Positions 1 through 11,850 of a DNA stretch of 33,000 nt are shown here, one piece after another (position 1 is the first letter of the stretch; the number at the start of each line of letters is the position of its first letter). Location of the stretch: assembly GCA_011109175.1 (NCBI GenBank), contig RDEW01000011.1:745061-778060 (forward strand). Reading direction: 5' to 3'. The notes under the pieces are model-generated. The model did no database searches, had not been told where the DNA came from, and saw nothing but the letters and a program-made list of their open reading frames with translations. Position numbers and translations under genes: made by a program. The stretch comes from Dicyema japonicum (Eukaryota; Animalia; Dicyemida).

Positions 1-143
1 TTTTGCGAGTTGCTGATCTTTGGCTGACTGAATCTTCTGTCCTTACCCCAGAATGGGTCCGAACATTGCTTAAATCATCTGTGCAAAATTGGACGAGAAG
101 CGGGCTGAATGTTCTGGTGGATTTTATTTCTCAAAAAAATTAG
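1..143 (+). CDS. Possible 3' end of an unidentified gene entering from outside the window
   Basis: Open frame from base 3, LRVADLWLTESSVLTPEWVRTLLKSSVQNWTRSGLNVLVDFISQKN*, more GC-rich than the AT-rich DNA that follows. No family recognised. Confidence 0.25.
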   Translation, partial: LRVADLWLTESSVLTPEWVRTLLKSSVQNWTRSGLNVLVDFISQKN

Positions 144-599
144 TTGAAGACAAATGCAAAAAAAGCTAAATTAGTTGAATTGTCCATTAATATTTAGTAA
201 TCAATCTTATTTTTAGAACTCTAGTTTTTCAGGAAACACGTGTAAAATCAGTTATCTGAGTCGTTAAGATTAGATAATGATTGTTTCCAAATATTTTTAA
301 AATTCTAGGAAATCATTTCATTAAAATGATAATATGATATGGTTTTTCATAAATCACAAATTTTAGCCGTATTTTAATTTTAGTGGACATTATAACTCAG
401 ATTTTATTCATACATTAGTGTCAAAGCCTGTCAATCAATAATGACTTTCCAACACAGTGGTTTTGTCCTTTGTTTGCTTATAAATAAATTTTCTATTAAG
501 TTCCAAAACATAGAGAAATCTTTAGTATACACATGCGAAATATTATAATTATTATTAGCACTTTCGAAGAACCAAAAATGTAATTTATTTAAATAAGGT

Positions 600-2760
600 T
601 CCGCTTGTGCCGTATTTTTCTTCAGGTTATTCTTTCTCCCACAATTCTCTTAACTAACTTCCTCCATGCTCCACGGTTACTAAAAATTATTATGAGCGTA
701 TCCAGATCATCTCCTGTTTTCAGCTTTCGTCTTACATTGGTCAGGTCCTTGTGTAGAACCTCTGGCAAAGTTATGCGAGGTCTTCCACGGAACAAGGTAT
801 TCACTTCTGGGGAGAAATAGTTCTCCATTGCATATGCAAATAGGCATGAATAAATATTATTTTAGATCACCCTATTCTCCCAACTGATGGTTATGTACCA
901 CCAGGAATTTCTTGTTATCCTCCAAGGATAGATATACCGATTTTTGTGCTGATAGGAAATGCTACCTATTGTATGTAATGGAAGAGGATACATCTTCATT
1001 CATCAATATTATGAATCAGCGGATTTGAATGGTGAATTTGATAGGTATTCTGCCACTGTAGTTGGAATAACGATGATAGTGAATTTATCTTTAGTAACTT
1101 TATAGTAACATTCAGATATAATGAGGATGATTCGTTTGTCAAAGATGGTGGTTTAAGTTGAATTAAAATTATGGAGTATTACAGTGTGATTTACATAATT
1201 TGTGGGGGAACAAATATAGCTAGGAAATTCGTGATATGTGAGACAGGTTGCTGTATTATTTGACACAAGATAATTCTAACAATTCAGATTTTGCAACGCC
1301 TCCCTTCATTTTGTCCTTGCTTGATCCTCCACGTTACAAATTCCGTTGTTCTCTAATCATTCAATTTTTGAATATGCAGTACTAGTTTGATCAAATCTCA
1401 AATCATTGGTAACCGAGTACTTTTTTCTGTTTGATCGGTTGATTTTCTGAAAAAACTCAATTGATAGAATTTTTAAAAGCTTATCTAGGCGAGTTGTCTC
1501 TGACCGATTCCAAAAAGTATCGTGGTATTCCTGGATTCAGTACTGTTGTGGAATCATGTTCACGATAATCCAAAAAGTTTCAATATAGAAGAATTGGAAG
1601 TTGTAAAAAATCTCGACATTAGTTTTCTTCTGCGTACAGCATCGAAAACTCAATCCCCTGTATGTGAGCAGCCTTCTGGAATCTCTTCGTCATGGCACAT
1701 ATTTATGTATGTGTCCATACGATATCCGCCGTGGACCTTCATCTTCTTAATCCACTTTGGCCCAGAGACAGATGTTCGTCAACAGTGGGAGAAATTTTTT
1801 CCAGAACAATCAGAGATAGTTGATAGGCCAGTGAGGGCGACGATTGTTTCAGAAGTTTCCCGTTGATATCGTCAATGCCCGGACTCCTGTTGTTGTTCAG
1901 CTTTTGCAGAACCGATGTATCTCCGCAATCGTAAGTGGCGTAGTCGAAGATCTGTGGGTGTCCGACAAATTTAGTTATGCGTTAGTAGTCATGATAATAA
2001 TCAATGACAAAACTCAGTGGCATTTTATCATAATCTCCGAAGATTCTACTACACCCATCAATTTTGATAATATCCCATTCATTGCGGGGACAATCAATGA
2101 CTGTAAACTGCATGAGGACAACATGCTTCAGGTCCATCTAAAATAAAAAAATGACAAAAAAATCTAATATTGTTTTCTACTGTATGTTGTTTGTATTTTT
2201 GCCTAGAATAATCGTGTTGATAAATGTTTTTTTAATTTTCAGTTTCACGTTTAGAGAGACACATGCATTGCAAATGATACAATAGCCTTGATGGGTTCAT
2301 TTGACAAAGTAGTATTATTAGTATTGAAAAGCACTCCCGAATAATCATAAAATTAGTTAAGTTTCCCTTTTGCCGTGTTCCGAATCATCTTCTCCGTCAG
2401 CCTCGACCATGATCTTCTGTTGCGCGCTAGTTCTCTTAGGTAGTCCAGGTCGTCCTCCATTTTCAGTATAATGTCAGATGCTGCCCGCACTCTTGTAACA
2501 CAGTGAATCAGGTCCTAATGGACAGCGAATTCGAGACCATCATGTCGGGAGGGTAAAAAGGTAAAATTTGCCAAACAGTTTTGTGCATTGTACGGTCGTT
2601 TTTGGCTCTTGAAGACAACAGGCAGAGATGTCGTATTTTGTTAGATCGTATGCCAGTTGGTGTGTCTTGTACGGTTGTTTAAGTCATCTGCAATTAAAAG
2701 ATCCCATAGTGAATGGAGAAGTCGGTAAGGAATACGAATAGGACATGGTGTAATAGAGAA
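600..2760 (-). mobile_element. Decayed APE-RT non-LTR retrotransposon (RTE-like), interrupted by unrelated sequence at about 835-1190
   Basis: Minus-strand fragments in correct order. Endonuclease: FTMGSFN, YDISACCLQEPK, HDGLEFAV (about 2520-2740). RT: NNRSPGIDDINGKLLK, GQSGLRR*RSTADIVWTH, FDAVRRRKL (about 1600-1920). C-terminus: FRGRPRITLPEVLHKDL...DDLDTL...NRGAWRKLV (622-828). Many stops and frameshifts. Confidence 0.7.
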
Positions 2761-2924
2761 GTCGTCATCATCTCAACCGAAAAAAGTAGTATTGTGTAAT
2801 AGATTTGTTAGTTAATAGCCTTCTCGTGTTACCAATAAGCATAAAAAATAATAACAGCATTTTCGTGAGAGCCATAAAATTTATAGCTTCACTTCTTTTT
2901 TTCTAAAAACAACCAAGGAATTAT

Positions 2925-3121
2925 CTTCACTTCTTTTTTTCTTTTTCTTGTGTGTGGGTTTTTTCTGGACAATCCAGTTCAGCAGTGAGTATCCACTGAT
3001 GACGGCGTCACTCGTCAATCCCTTTGATGTGTGGAACCTTCCACCAGGTGAACAGCAGCGAGAATCGAACCTGTAACCTAAGCCACTTTAGTCCGTCATC
3101 TAACCACTATGCCACCCGGCT
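2925..3121 (-). mobile_element. tRNA-derived SINE-like element
   Basis: Minus strand starts AGCCGGG, then Pol III A box TGGCATAGTGG (3104-3114) and B box GGTTCGATTCTC (3060-3071), 32 nt apart. T-arm and acceptor stem do not pair, so it is not an intact tRNA. Followed by an unrelated body of about 90 nt and an A-rich tail. Confidence 0.6.
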
Positions 3122-3324
3122 ACCAATAGCATATCAAATTGAATATTTTTAAAACTATATCCAAATGTCTCTAGCGTCCTATATATTGTCGATAAAGAGA
3201 CATTTGTACATCAAATAAAGAATTTTGTAAATTCTTCAGCGTAAATGAAGCATCTTCTTCAATTCTTAGTCAAAAATAAGATGTCCGATTAATTAAGTTT
3301 TTTCGTCCACAATTATGTCTTGTA

Positions 3325-3485
3325 TAATCAAAGTTTTATTGAAGAAGAAAATAGAGTAACGGTTATATAGAAGCTGCCCTGACTGCGTGGCTATTCCCTC
3401 TCAGAATAGCGAGCGAGATTCGCTCAAATAACCAGCAGCGCTCACGAGGGTCTCCTTTTCGTGTAGCGATGTCTTGTCGAGGCAA
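3325..3485 (-). mobile_element. 5'-truncated CRE-like (RLE) non-LTR retrotransposon 3' end
   Basis: Translates with one frameshift to GDPRERCW-FERISLAILRGNSHAVRAASI*, nearly identical to the end of the 25394-25906 ORF. AATAAA follows on the minus strand (3335-3340). Confidence 0.8.
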
Positions 3486-4709
3486 AACTTTTTGTAATTT
3501 TGTATTTTTGACGATAGAAACAACTGTCTGGTAGTTAATACAGATGTCTTGCTTATTTATGAATAAGCCAACCCTGCTTCATGTTTATTTATAATGAGTT
3601 TTCGGTTATCCTCGGAAACAGTAATATTTTTGTAACTATTCATTTAACTCATTTTGCGCTAAAATTTGTTTTTTATAGGAACTTAATAATCCAATAAATA
3701 TAAATAATAATCCCAAAAAAAATAAATTATAATCCCATAAATATTTGACAAAGTTATTAAAGATTATCCGCGTGGCGCCATGTGGTGTTGCGTGGTTTAA
3801 CTTTTTTATTGTTCGTTAAATGACAAAGTTATTAAATTATTTGCCAAAGTTATTAAATTTTCTGACTAAGTTGATAAATAAATAAGAAAACCCTGTAAAT
3901 AAAAATTAGCCTCGTGGCGCCATGTAATGCATCGATCTCCAATGGCCGAGTACTTCAGAAAAATAACAAATAAAATTATTCTTCAACAGGGATAAAAAAT
4001 TACGAAGATTTAAGTCTTATAATAACGTAAATCTATAGAGAATTTTCCATAAGTCTATCCCTACCCAAGTCTATCCATAATCCTACGTCAATTCCTATCA
4101 CTAACACTTTCGTAAGAATAATTTTTTTAATTATAAAATTTCATAATTTTTTAATTGAAACTGCATACCCCACATTCAGAGACTACCTTTGGTTTACATT
4201 CCATGCCGTCTTTCTCATCAACAGGTATCGATACTCCATGCCTCTCCTCAGCTTGCATGCTCTCTAAAGTCTTCCGTAACACTTGCGTTTGTATATAAGC
4301 TTTGACCATACTGATGAGATACCATAGATGAAAAAATATACTTATTCAAAAAAACATAAATCTTATCAAAAATCATATTTGGTGATTTTAGATATTAATA
4401 AGCTACTCTACCAATTTTTAGTAAATTTGGTTGCAGTAGAGACATGGGGAAAATTGTACTTAACGATATTGGTTTAAGGTTGTAAAAATGCGATTTGTCA
4501 AAAACGGATTCACTAACTTGCAAGAGATCAGGGGCTATTAAGTATGTGTTAAGAATGACGCAGGTCACTCCCATAGGTTTACTTGCGAGACTTATCGCAC
4601 AATGATTAGTATTCCCTTAGTAATCACTGATTACCATATTTTACTAAGTAATGATTACTCAGTAAAAAAATGCCAACTAATGATTATTAGAGAATTATTA
4701 GGAATCATA

Positions 4710-6740
4710 TTAATTAACCAACTCTTTAACAGCATCACAAATGCAGGAGGAAGATATTCCATATTTATTAAGGAGAACATCAGATGGGCCACTTCTGGGG
4801 ACTTCCCCAACATACAAATGCTTGAATCTGACTCCATCGACCCCGACTAAAGCAGATGAGACAGCCTCGCCAATCCCCCTAAAATATCCCAACTACTCAC
4901 CTTCTCTATAGTGGTCTTCTGCCACAACAACTCTTCCCCCAGTAGAAGACACACATTCTATTATCGTATTCACATCCAATGGCTTCACAGTAAAGACATC
5001 AACCAGACGAATTGACAATTCTGGGTTGGTCCTCTCCAATTTATAAGCCTCAGCCAAGGTCACACCTGCAGCAATCACAGTACAGACATCATTAGGACTA
5101 CTTCTGACAACCTGACCATAATTATTAGTCATACTTTTGCTTGCCCACTGCAAATGACTCATCATTGCCGTAAATAACCGGGAAATTAGGTCGAGAGGTC
5201 CTTATAAAGCAAATACCCTGAGTATTGGCAGCCAACTCGACAGCTCGTTCAGTAGAGACAGCATCACTTGGATAGAAGACAGTAGACCCGGGAATAGAGC
5301 GGAACATTGCAATGTCTTCTAAGGCCATCTGTGAAGGACCATCCTCCCCAATAGACACTCCAGCATGAGAACCCACAAAGTTAGCATTCGTCATAGAAAT
5401 AGCTCCCATCCTTATCTGATCGAAAGCCCTAGACCAAAAGGCGGCAAAGTGCTGGCAAACACAACAGCTCTTTCCCTAGTGGCTGCCCCAATGGCCACCC
5501 CAGCCATGTTCTGTTCTGCTATGAAACATTCAATAAAACGATTATCTCCACTGAATGCCTCCTTCTATAGATAACACTAATAAACCGCAAATTTGGCTGC
5601 AAAGGTTGAGTTTTTAGTGTCTCCGTCCATGGCCATCACCCAGGGGGATGCTTTCCCGAGCTTTAAAAGAGCGTCCCCATATGCTGACCTTGTTGCCACC
5701 TACAATAAGCAACACTCCCACCATTTTTCCAAAACTGTAGTCTGGGGGCGATGAAAGACGAGCTTTCCTCGAGAGATCAACAGTAGGCACAGAGTCCAAC
5801 GGCTTGGGGACCAGTTCAACCACCGACGTCCATGAAGAGTCCGATCTCAAATGCTCCAGAACGGTGGCAGATTTATCACCGAGGACCTTTCCATGCCATC
5901 CATTAAGATTTTCCACACCGGGAAGCCCTTCCCCTTCATAGTCTTTGCAACCAACGCGGTCGGCATGTCTTTCTGTCTTCTAGCACTCTCAAAGGCAGAA
6001 ATGATATCAGGGATGGCATGTCCATCCACCACAATCGAATTAAATCCAAAAGCAGAGCATCTGGCCGCATATGTCTGCACATCATGACAAAGCATAGTCT
6101 CTTGGGACTGACCATAGTAGTTGCAGTCAATGATGACCACAAGATTGTCCAATTTGTAGTAACTAGCCAAAGCCATGGCCTCCCAAACAGATCCCTCAGC
6201 CGACTCCCCGTCACCAACGATGCAGTACACTCGATATCTTGATATTTAGCAACACAAACGAGGCTTTGTCGATATATTTTCCTACATATGCCATTCCCAC
6301 AGCAGAACTCAGGCCCTGTCCAAGGGAACCAGTGGCTACGTCAACGAAGGGAGTTTCTGAAATTACAGAAATATCAGTAAAATAATTGATAGGAAGTAAT
6401 AGTACTGGGGTTGGGTGTCCTTCAAGGGAGAGTCTATCTTACGAAGATTTAGGAGATCCTCCTCGTTATAGAGGCCTAGTTCTGTCCAAACTGCGTACAA
6501 TATCGGAGCAGCGTGCCCTTTGATAGAATAAATCTGTCATTTGAAGGATCCTTAGGGGAGTCAGGGAAATAGCTCATTTCCTTGAAGAAAGGACACTCAT
6601 AATCTCAGCAATAGAACTGCATGAAGTTGGGTGACTATGATGAAGTACTAAATGTACCCAGAATTTGCAGCAGAGGTTGAAAGTATTGAATTTACTCGGA
6701 GACGGTTGGCAATGGAAGACAGCACTTGCATTAAAGTCAT
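4710..6740 (-). CDS. TKT: Transketolase (animal type), 8 exons; 8 single-base homopolymer deletions in this sequence
   Basis: Exons 6740-6658, 6634-6406, 6356-6260, 6237-5722, 5699-5586, 5564-5135, 5111-4901, 4878-4710. Introns 23, 49, 22, 22, 21, 23, 22 nt, all GT-AG. Motifs [80 protein letters not shown]. Restoring 8 missing bases gives 1857 nt, i.e. 618 aa plus TAA. Confidence 0.93.
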
Positions 6741-6859
6741 CAAATATTTTTATTTTATTAAAGTTTAGGTTAAGAACTATTTTTTATATTAGTAATATTA
6801 AATTTAATATTAACAAAATTACATGAATTCACAAAAATTATCCCTCTATCGTCTTACAA

Positions 6860-7930
6860 AACTTTAATCCGAAACTATTTTCGGACAACCTGGCACTTAT
6901 CAAAAGACAGGATACCGTGAAGAAAACCGGAATGCAATCAGAACTCTATATCGTCCATGCGCTCTCTCAATTACAGAATTTCCAAATTAATCTGTGCTGA
7001 CCACAGACATAAGTGGAGCCGGCTTGTTGTCGACTATGCAACAGAAACTCGTGTGGCACCTTCTGGAAGACACTGAGAAGTATCAAATGTCTTATAAACG
7101 AAGATGGTGACAGAGTGGAAGCCGTTACCCCTATTTCTCGGAACCTGCACAGAAACTTGAAAATAATCTTATGAAATATTTTGTGTCGATCAATCACAAG
7201 AATTTCTTTCGCTTTCTGCATGTCAAACGATCTGGTCCACAACAGACGCCACATACTGCCTTCTTCACTCCCTAAGATGTGGAAAAGACTATCAAATTGT
7301 ACTACCCACCCGAGCCTGTGGCCCGACGGTGTCTGTGCTATTCACCTCAAACACCTAGGACCTCGTGCACATATCTTATTATCGAGGCTATACAACAATT
7401 CTATCAATTCCCATAAAATGCAAAATATAAGGAAGAATTCACTGATTACACCAATTCTCAAGCCTAAAAAATCAAAAGACATTCCATCATCTTAGCGCCT
7501 TGTCCCGTTGTGGTTGTTCAGTCACACCTCACAATTTGTGCGACTGGCTATTTGTGAATTTGCGGCCTGTGTCTGCATCCAAGTCTCAGTTCACCCAGTT
7601 AACTACGGACAGGAGATTTAAAGGTGGACTCAACGTATTCTTCGGAAAAATTCCTACTCCTTCTACGCGAATTTAGAAGCTACTTGGAATTACATTCGAC
7701 TTTCTAATGATGTCCTCCAGTCACACGGATGAAGTGTTAACCAAGGGGTTTCGAAAGTAGAGCGTCCTAAAGTCTATCATAAAAAAGAGCTCCTTCCCAC
7801 CTACAGCTTGTATCAGCGAACTATAAAAGTGTACTCCGATAGAATTTCTCTGCAGACACAACGAAGACACTTCCGGAGTGCAGTTGGATCGCTGATGGAA
7901 AATTCAAGGAGAATTCGAGAAATGTGAGGC
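6860..7930 (+). mobile_element. Decayed APE-RT LINE fragment (Jockey/I-like)
   Basis: Endonuclease end DHRH near 7000. RT start PDGVCAIHLKHLGPRAHILLSRLYNNSI and SLITPILKPKKSKDIPSS*RLVP, matching the GPDGI...LKHL...LFN and IPIPKPGK...SYRPISL motifs. Stops and frameshifts present. Confidence 0.7.
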
Positions 7931-8245
7931 TGGGATCACCTAATTAGTGAATTAATCATTTTTTTCTTGGTGATCTTGGGATTTATAAAAAATAATAATA
8001 ATCTGAAAAAAAGGATTTTCGCCGCGTTGGCTGAAGCTTTCTGTTTGTTTAGTATGTTCCTCCTCTTTTCTTTCATACTAGAGTGGCGTCATGTGATTCA
8101 CCTGTCTCAGGTGGCGCTCATGCCATGCTGGCACTAAAAAGGATAATTTGCTCTCCCCCACTCCCACTAAAGGTTTCCACAACTTCAATGAATGGACATC
8201 TTTTACATTTTATGCTAGTTCCGGATGGACTCGTGTGACGTTGAA

Positions 8246-8323
8246 GGACTCTGTTTCTGTAACAGTGGAAACTGGATATACTTAATTATTTGTTTACTGT
8301 TAACTTCTTTCTCGGTGTATCCG
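8246..8323 (-). repeat. Dispersed repeat of about 80 bp, inverted copy of 16076-16152 (interior of the hAT derivative)
   Basis: ggactctgtttctgtaacagtggaaactggatatacttaatt...ctttctcggtgtatccg matches the reverse complement of 16076-16152 with about a dozen differences. Confidence 0.75.
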
Positions 8324-9145
8324 AAGGTAATTAAAAAATTACTCCGAAAAATAATATTAATATCTAAAAAACTACATATTTGGTACCTATACCTTTCTCT
8401 TCTTATTTTCTCAATTTATAAAAGACGACATTAAATCCACCCCACTCAGGATACGCCCAGTGGCCGGCATCCAAAAAAGAGCCCACTCTTCCCTACTCTA
8501 GTGAAGCGGTTCCTATAATGGTGGATATGGATGGACGTAATACTCGTAAAGGATGTGTCCCACTCAGACCGAGAGAACTGGATAAAACCTCTTCCATGTA
8601 TATCCGGTGATATTATTAGCATAACAGAAATTACTAACTTACAAATGCTGGTTGAGTGTATATAATCTGACCGGTCGGCTATACAAGTTTTCGCTATCTT
8701 CCTTTAGGTCGTTTCGCCTTATGGAGCCAGAATTTATAAATCATCGATTTGTGGGTTGAGCTGTGGCTTTTGTCTGCATCTGTTTTAAAAAAGTCATCCA
8801 GTAACATAAGTTGGTGGAAGGATTGGTTATATTAATATTTTATGTTTACTGCTAATAATGAGGTTTCACGCATCTACTATGCTTTGGTTTGACGAGTGAC
8901 CCTGTCATCAATAAACAACTCAATGCGGAACTGAATCGTCTATAAAGGACATACGTGCAAAAAAAGAAATAAAAGTGAAGAGCGTTGTTCTCCCTCATCG
9001 ATTATTTATCATAACTGGTCTTTACTTAAATAAAGTGAATGCTGTCTGGAAAGAGCTACAGATAATATGGATAATATTTTTTCTATTATTTATTATTTAA
9101 TAAAAATATTAAATTTAAATAAAATACTGTCAAGCTAGTTTGTGT

Positions 9146-10395
9146 ATGGATACCATTTTAAAAATTAAATATATTCTGCAAAACTCCACTGATGTTAGCC
9201 ATGTAAGTATTATTTATATTGTAGCTTAAGACCTGTTTGACAAAACTCAAGTCACTGAGCTACATATACTTGTATATAATCCACGTAACAGTCCAGCTCA
9301 TTTTTAGAGGACTGGAATTGGGAAAACAGTCAATTTTCTGCGAAACCATCCTGGGAGTGTTGGGTTAATGTCGAGATCTCTGGTTAGAACTTGGAAGACC
9401 CTAATATTGGCCAACGACCCATCCATTATCGTCGTCAATAAACGAGATGGAGCCAAAGTGGATCATAACAAAGCCAAATTTATCGACAAGTCACTGTTTT
9501 CGACAACCAGAATAGACAGGACTAACAAAATCAAACAGGCACGTGATTTTTTCGCCAAAAAGGAGTCATCTGCCAAGTCAGAAGAACAGGAGCATAACTT
9601 TTCCAACAAACCGACCAAACGTGAAAACTCTGATAAACTGGAAGTTCAAAAAGCTGATAAAAGAAGAAGACTCACGCAAACTGGGATTACTAGTGCTGGT
9701 AGCCTGTCCTTTGAGGATGCCCTGAATTCATGCAACGTGTCTGGTGGGAGTCACAGTGCGGGCAAAGTGAGTTCTATTGTGGACTCCATTATGTCTCGGA
9801 AGGACGACGCCAAAAAAGAAGAGTTTGTAAACAAACGGAATACTAGGACATGCGTGTTTTCCGGTACCAGAAAGACCACTGGAGGTAAATGTGTGGATAT
9901 TGTAGAGATTCAGAGTCTGAAGACATATTGCCTTAATTACCTGATATCTCATATTGATAGTTCGTTGTTGTGAGATTGTAGAAATCGAGCACGTGGGTTT
10001 GGTACCCCTGGAGGTGTTCTGGCCTGTTTTGGATAGATGTAGTCCCCGGCAGTTGGCTCAAATAGAGTATTACAATCCAGTATGGGGGGAGTGATTGTAG
10101 ATTTTTATAAAAAATACGGGTGAGCTATGGAGGAGACACTGTGAGAGGATAATCACCAAGTCGACCCCCCAAAAGTTGGAGGAAGATGATTGGAGGAGCT
10201 ATTATATGGTTTATGGTTATAGCGTATGCTTAGAGATGCAGTAGGGAGAGTGATAGAATGCTAGCTGAGTTTTCAATGTCAAACACTGGGGGGTCTAAGA
10301 TCGCTGTATTGAACAGAGACTGTTACTCCAAAGTGAAACGTAGGGGGACTGTTAAGAAGCCAACGAGACTTGAGAATATTTTTAAACGAATGTGA
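9146..10395 (+). CDS. ELOA: Elongin A (RNA polymerase II elongation factor SIII subunit A), compact, 378 aa, 6 exons
   Basis: Exons 9146-9202, 9225-9284, 9308-9959, 9982-10079, 10101-10208, 10234-10395 join into an uninterrupted 1137-nt frame. Introns 22, 23, 22, 21, 25 nt. N-terminal TFIIS-N/LW domain TGIGKTVNFLRNH...SRSLVRTWKTLI. C-terminal Elongin A domain VFSG...SLKTYCLNYL...IEHVGLVPLEVFWPVLDRCSPRQLAQIEYYNPIFIKNTGELWRRHC...WRSYYMR. Confidence 0.88.
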
Positions 10396-10429
10396 AATTT
10401 ATTTTCTTAATGGCTAAGGGATCTATCGA

Positions 10430-11850
10430 ATATCATTAGTTATGGGAACTAGGAGTTAGTGCTCTTCGACGTGGGCGGCTGACGTTATTTTTCGAATGAC
10501 GGTAAAAGGCCCCTCCTCTCCACGCTGAGAATTCTCTATTGGATGTTTCCTAGACTGTCTTCTACAAGGCCGAGATCGTTGTTCTCCCACTGAACAACCC
10601 TGGCGTGATATATTGCAGTTTAAGACCTGTTTGACAAGGGCTGAGGTTATAAAGACCCTCTCTTACATGATCCATTAGGGCGTTTCTCTGACTGACTTTT
10701 GCAATTTGGGAATCAATGTCGCCATACTAAGCTGCCCTGTCGTGAATAGTCTAAAAATTTTCTAATCACGGAGGAAATCCAACAAAATCATGTGTCTCAC
10801 ACTATGCTACACTGTAACTTACAAAACATATAAACAAATGAACCACTTAAAGCGTGGTTATTCAACTTATCCCGCCTGGTTATCGTACGCAATTACTCTT
10901 ACAGTATTCACTTTCCAATTTTTAGTAAATACTCCTTAACGTCTTCCTTTCCTCCAACTGGCTGTGGTTGTCATTCTAAGGGAAATAACAGAGGGGTTCA
11001 AAAATCTTAAAATAACTGCACTGCTGACCCTATAGAGCTATGATCGCTGTCACTTATCTCAAGTACTTCTAAAATTTTTTGCCAATGATATCTCAAAAAA
11101 TCCCGCCACTAAATTCCAAAGTATGATCAAGAGGAACGCATCCCTGATAAGTGACCAATAATTACTCAAAGAGTTGACCAGGGAATCAAACTCGGTCCTC
11201 GTCGACTTTTTTGTAGCAAGGGAAGTGTTTCTGACAATAAGCACATTTAAATTAGTTCATAATACTCCAGATCCACCAGTACACGTGTCTCCATTTTTTC
11301 CAGTGCCTGTTTGCTGTTGCACAAACTTGTTGACATCCCAGTTGACATCAGGTTTGATGACAGTGCTCGATCTACTCACTCTTTGATATTATATATCTGG
11401 TGGGTTAGATATAGGGTAATTTTTTTGGTTCACAAATGAACATTTTGGCGGTCTTTAAGGTCAATAACTTCCCACAGTGGACACATCTGGGCTCAATCAC
11501 AAGTAGACTCCTATAAGGTCGACGCATAAGAGTCCTCAATCGAAGAATCGAAGAGACCAACGATTTTCCAGAAGAGCATACTCACAATAACAGCGATTGT
11601 TTGATCTTCTCAGCCTCGTAAAAAGTGAGTCAATCTCCAGGGCTGTGAATCTGTTAGAGATCCTCCGTAATAACCCATCCGTTAATACAATTCAGATTGA
11701 TTTAAAAGAAAATAATGGATCGAATTTCCCGCCAAAATACTTCAACGCAGTAAATCCATTTAACGACTACCAGTGTCTCCATCCCCAAAAAGTTAGTGGA
11801 AATCAACATTTTGGTAGTCTGAATATTATATATGTTGCAGTCAATTTGTG
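10430..11850 (-). CDS. Putative multi-exon gene of unknown product, not resolvable into one frame
   Basis: Coding-like minus-strand blocks (RVSRSSTVIKPDVNWDVNKFVQQQTGTG; DFLRYHWQKILEVLEISDSD) separated by candidate tiny introns such as gtcagcagtgcagttattttaag (23 nt) and gtaagttacagtgtagcatag (21 nt). Frames join only if further indels are assumed. Confidence 0.3.

Noticed and set aside
835-1190. Coding-like insert inside the RTE-like element (DHPILPTDGYVPPGISCYPPRIDIP...)
   Set aside because: Short, stop-interrupted and without a recognisable homology or boundary signature.
3050-3121. Functional tRNA gene
   Set aside because: A and B boxes are present but the T-arm and acceptor stem do not pair, so it was treated as a SINE head.
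4145-4580. Small minus-strand gene downstream of TKT (LWYLISMVKAYIQTQVLRKTLESMQAEERHG...)
   Set aside because: A 52-codon frame and possible introns exist, but I could not join exons without stops and recognise no family.
4602-6242. Plus-strand ORFs in the track overlapping TKT (4602, 5365, 5851, 6018)
   Set aside because: Antisense shadows of the transketolase coding sequence.
4710-6740. Programmed +1 frameshifting of the Euplotes AAA-TAR type in TKT
   Set aside because: None of the eight sites has that motif; they are mixed T, G, C and A runs, as expected from sequencing error.
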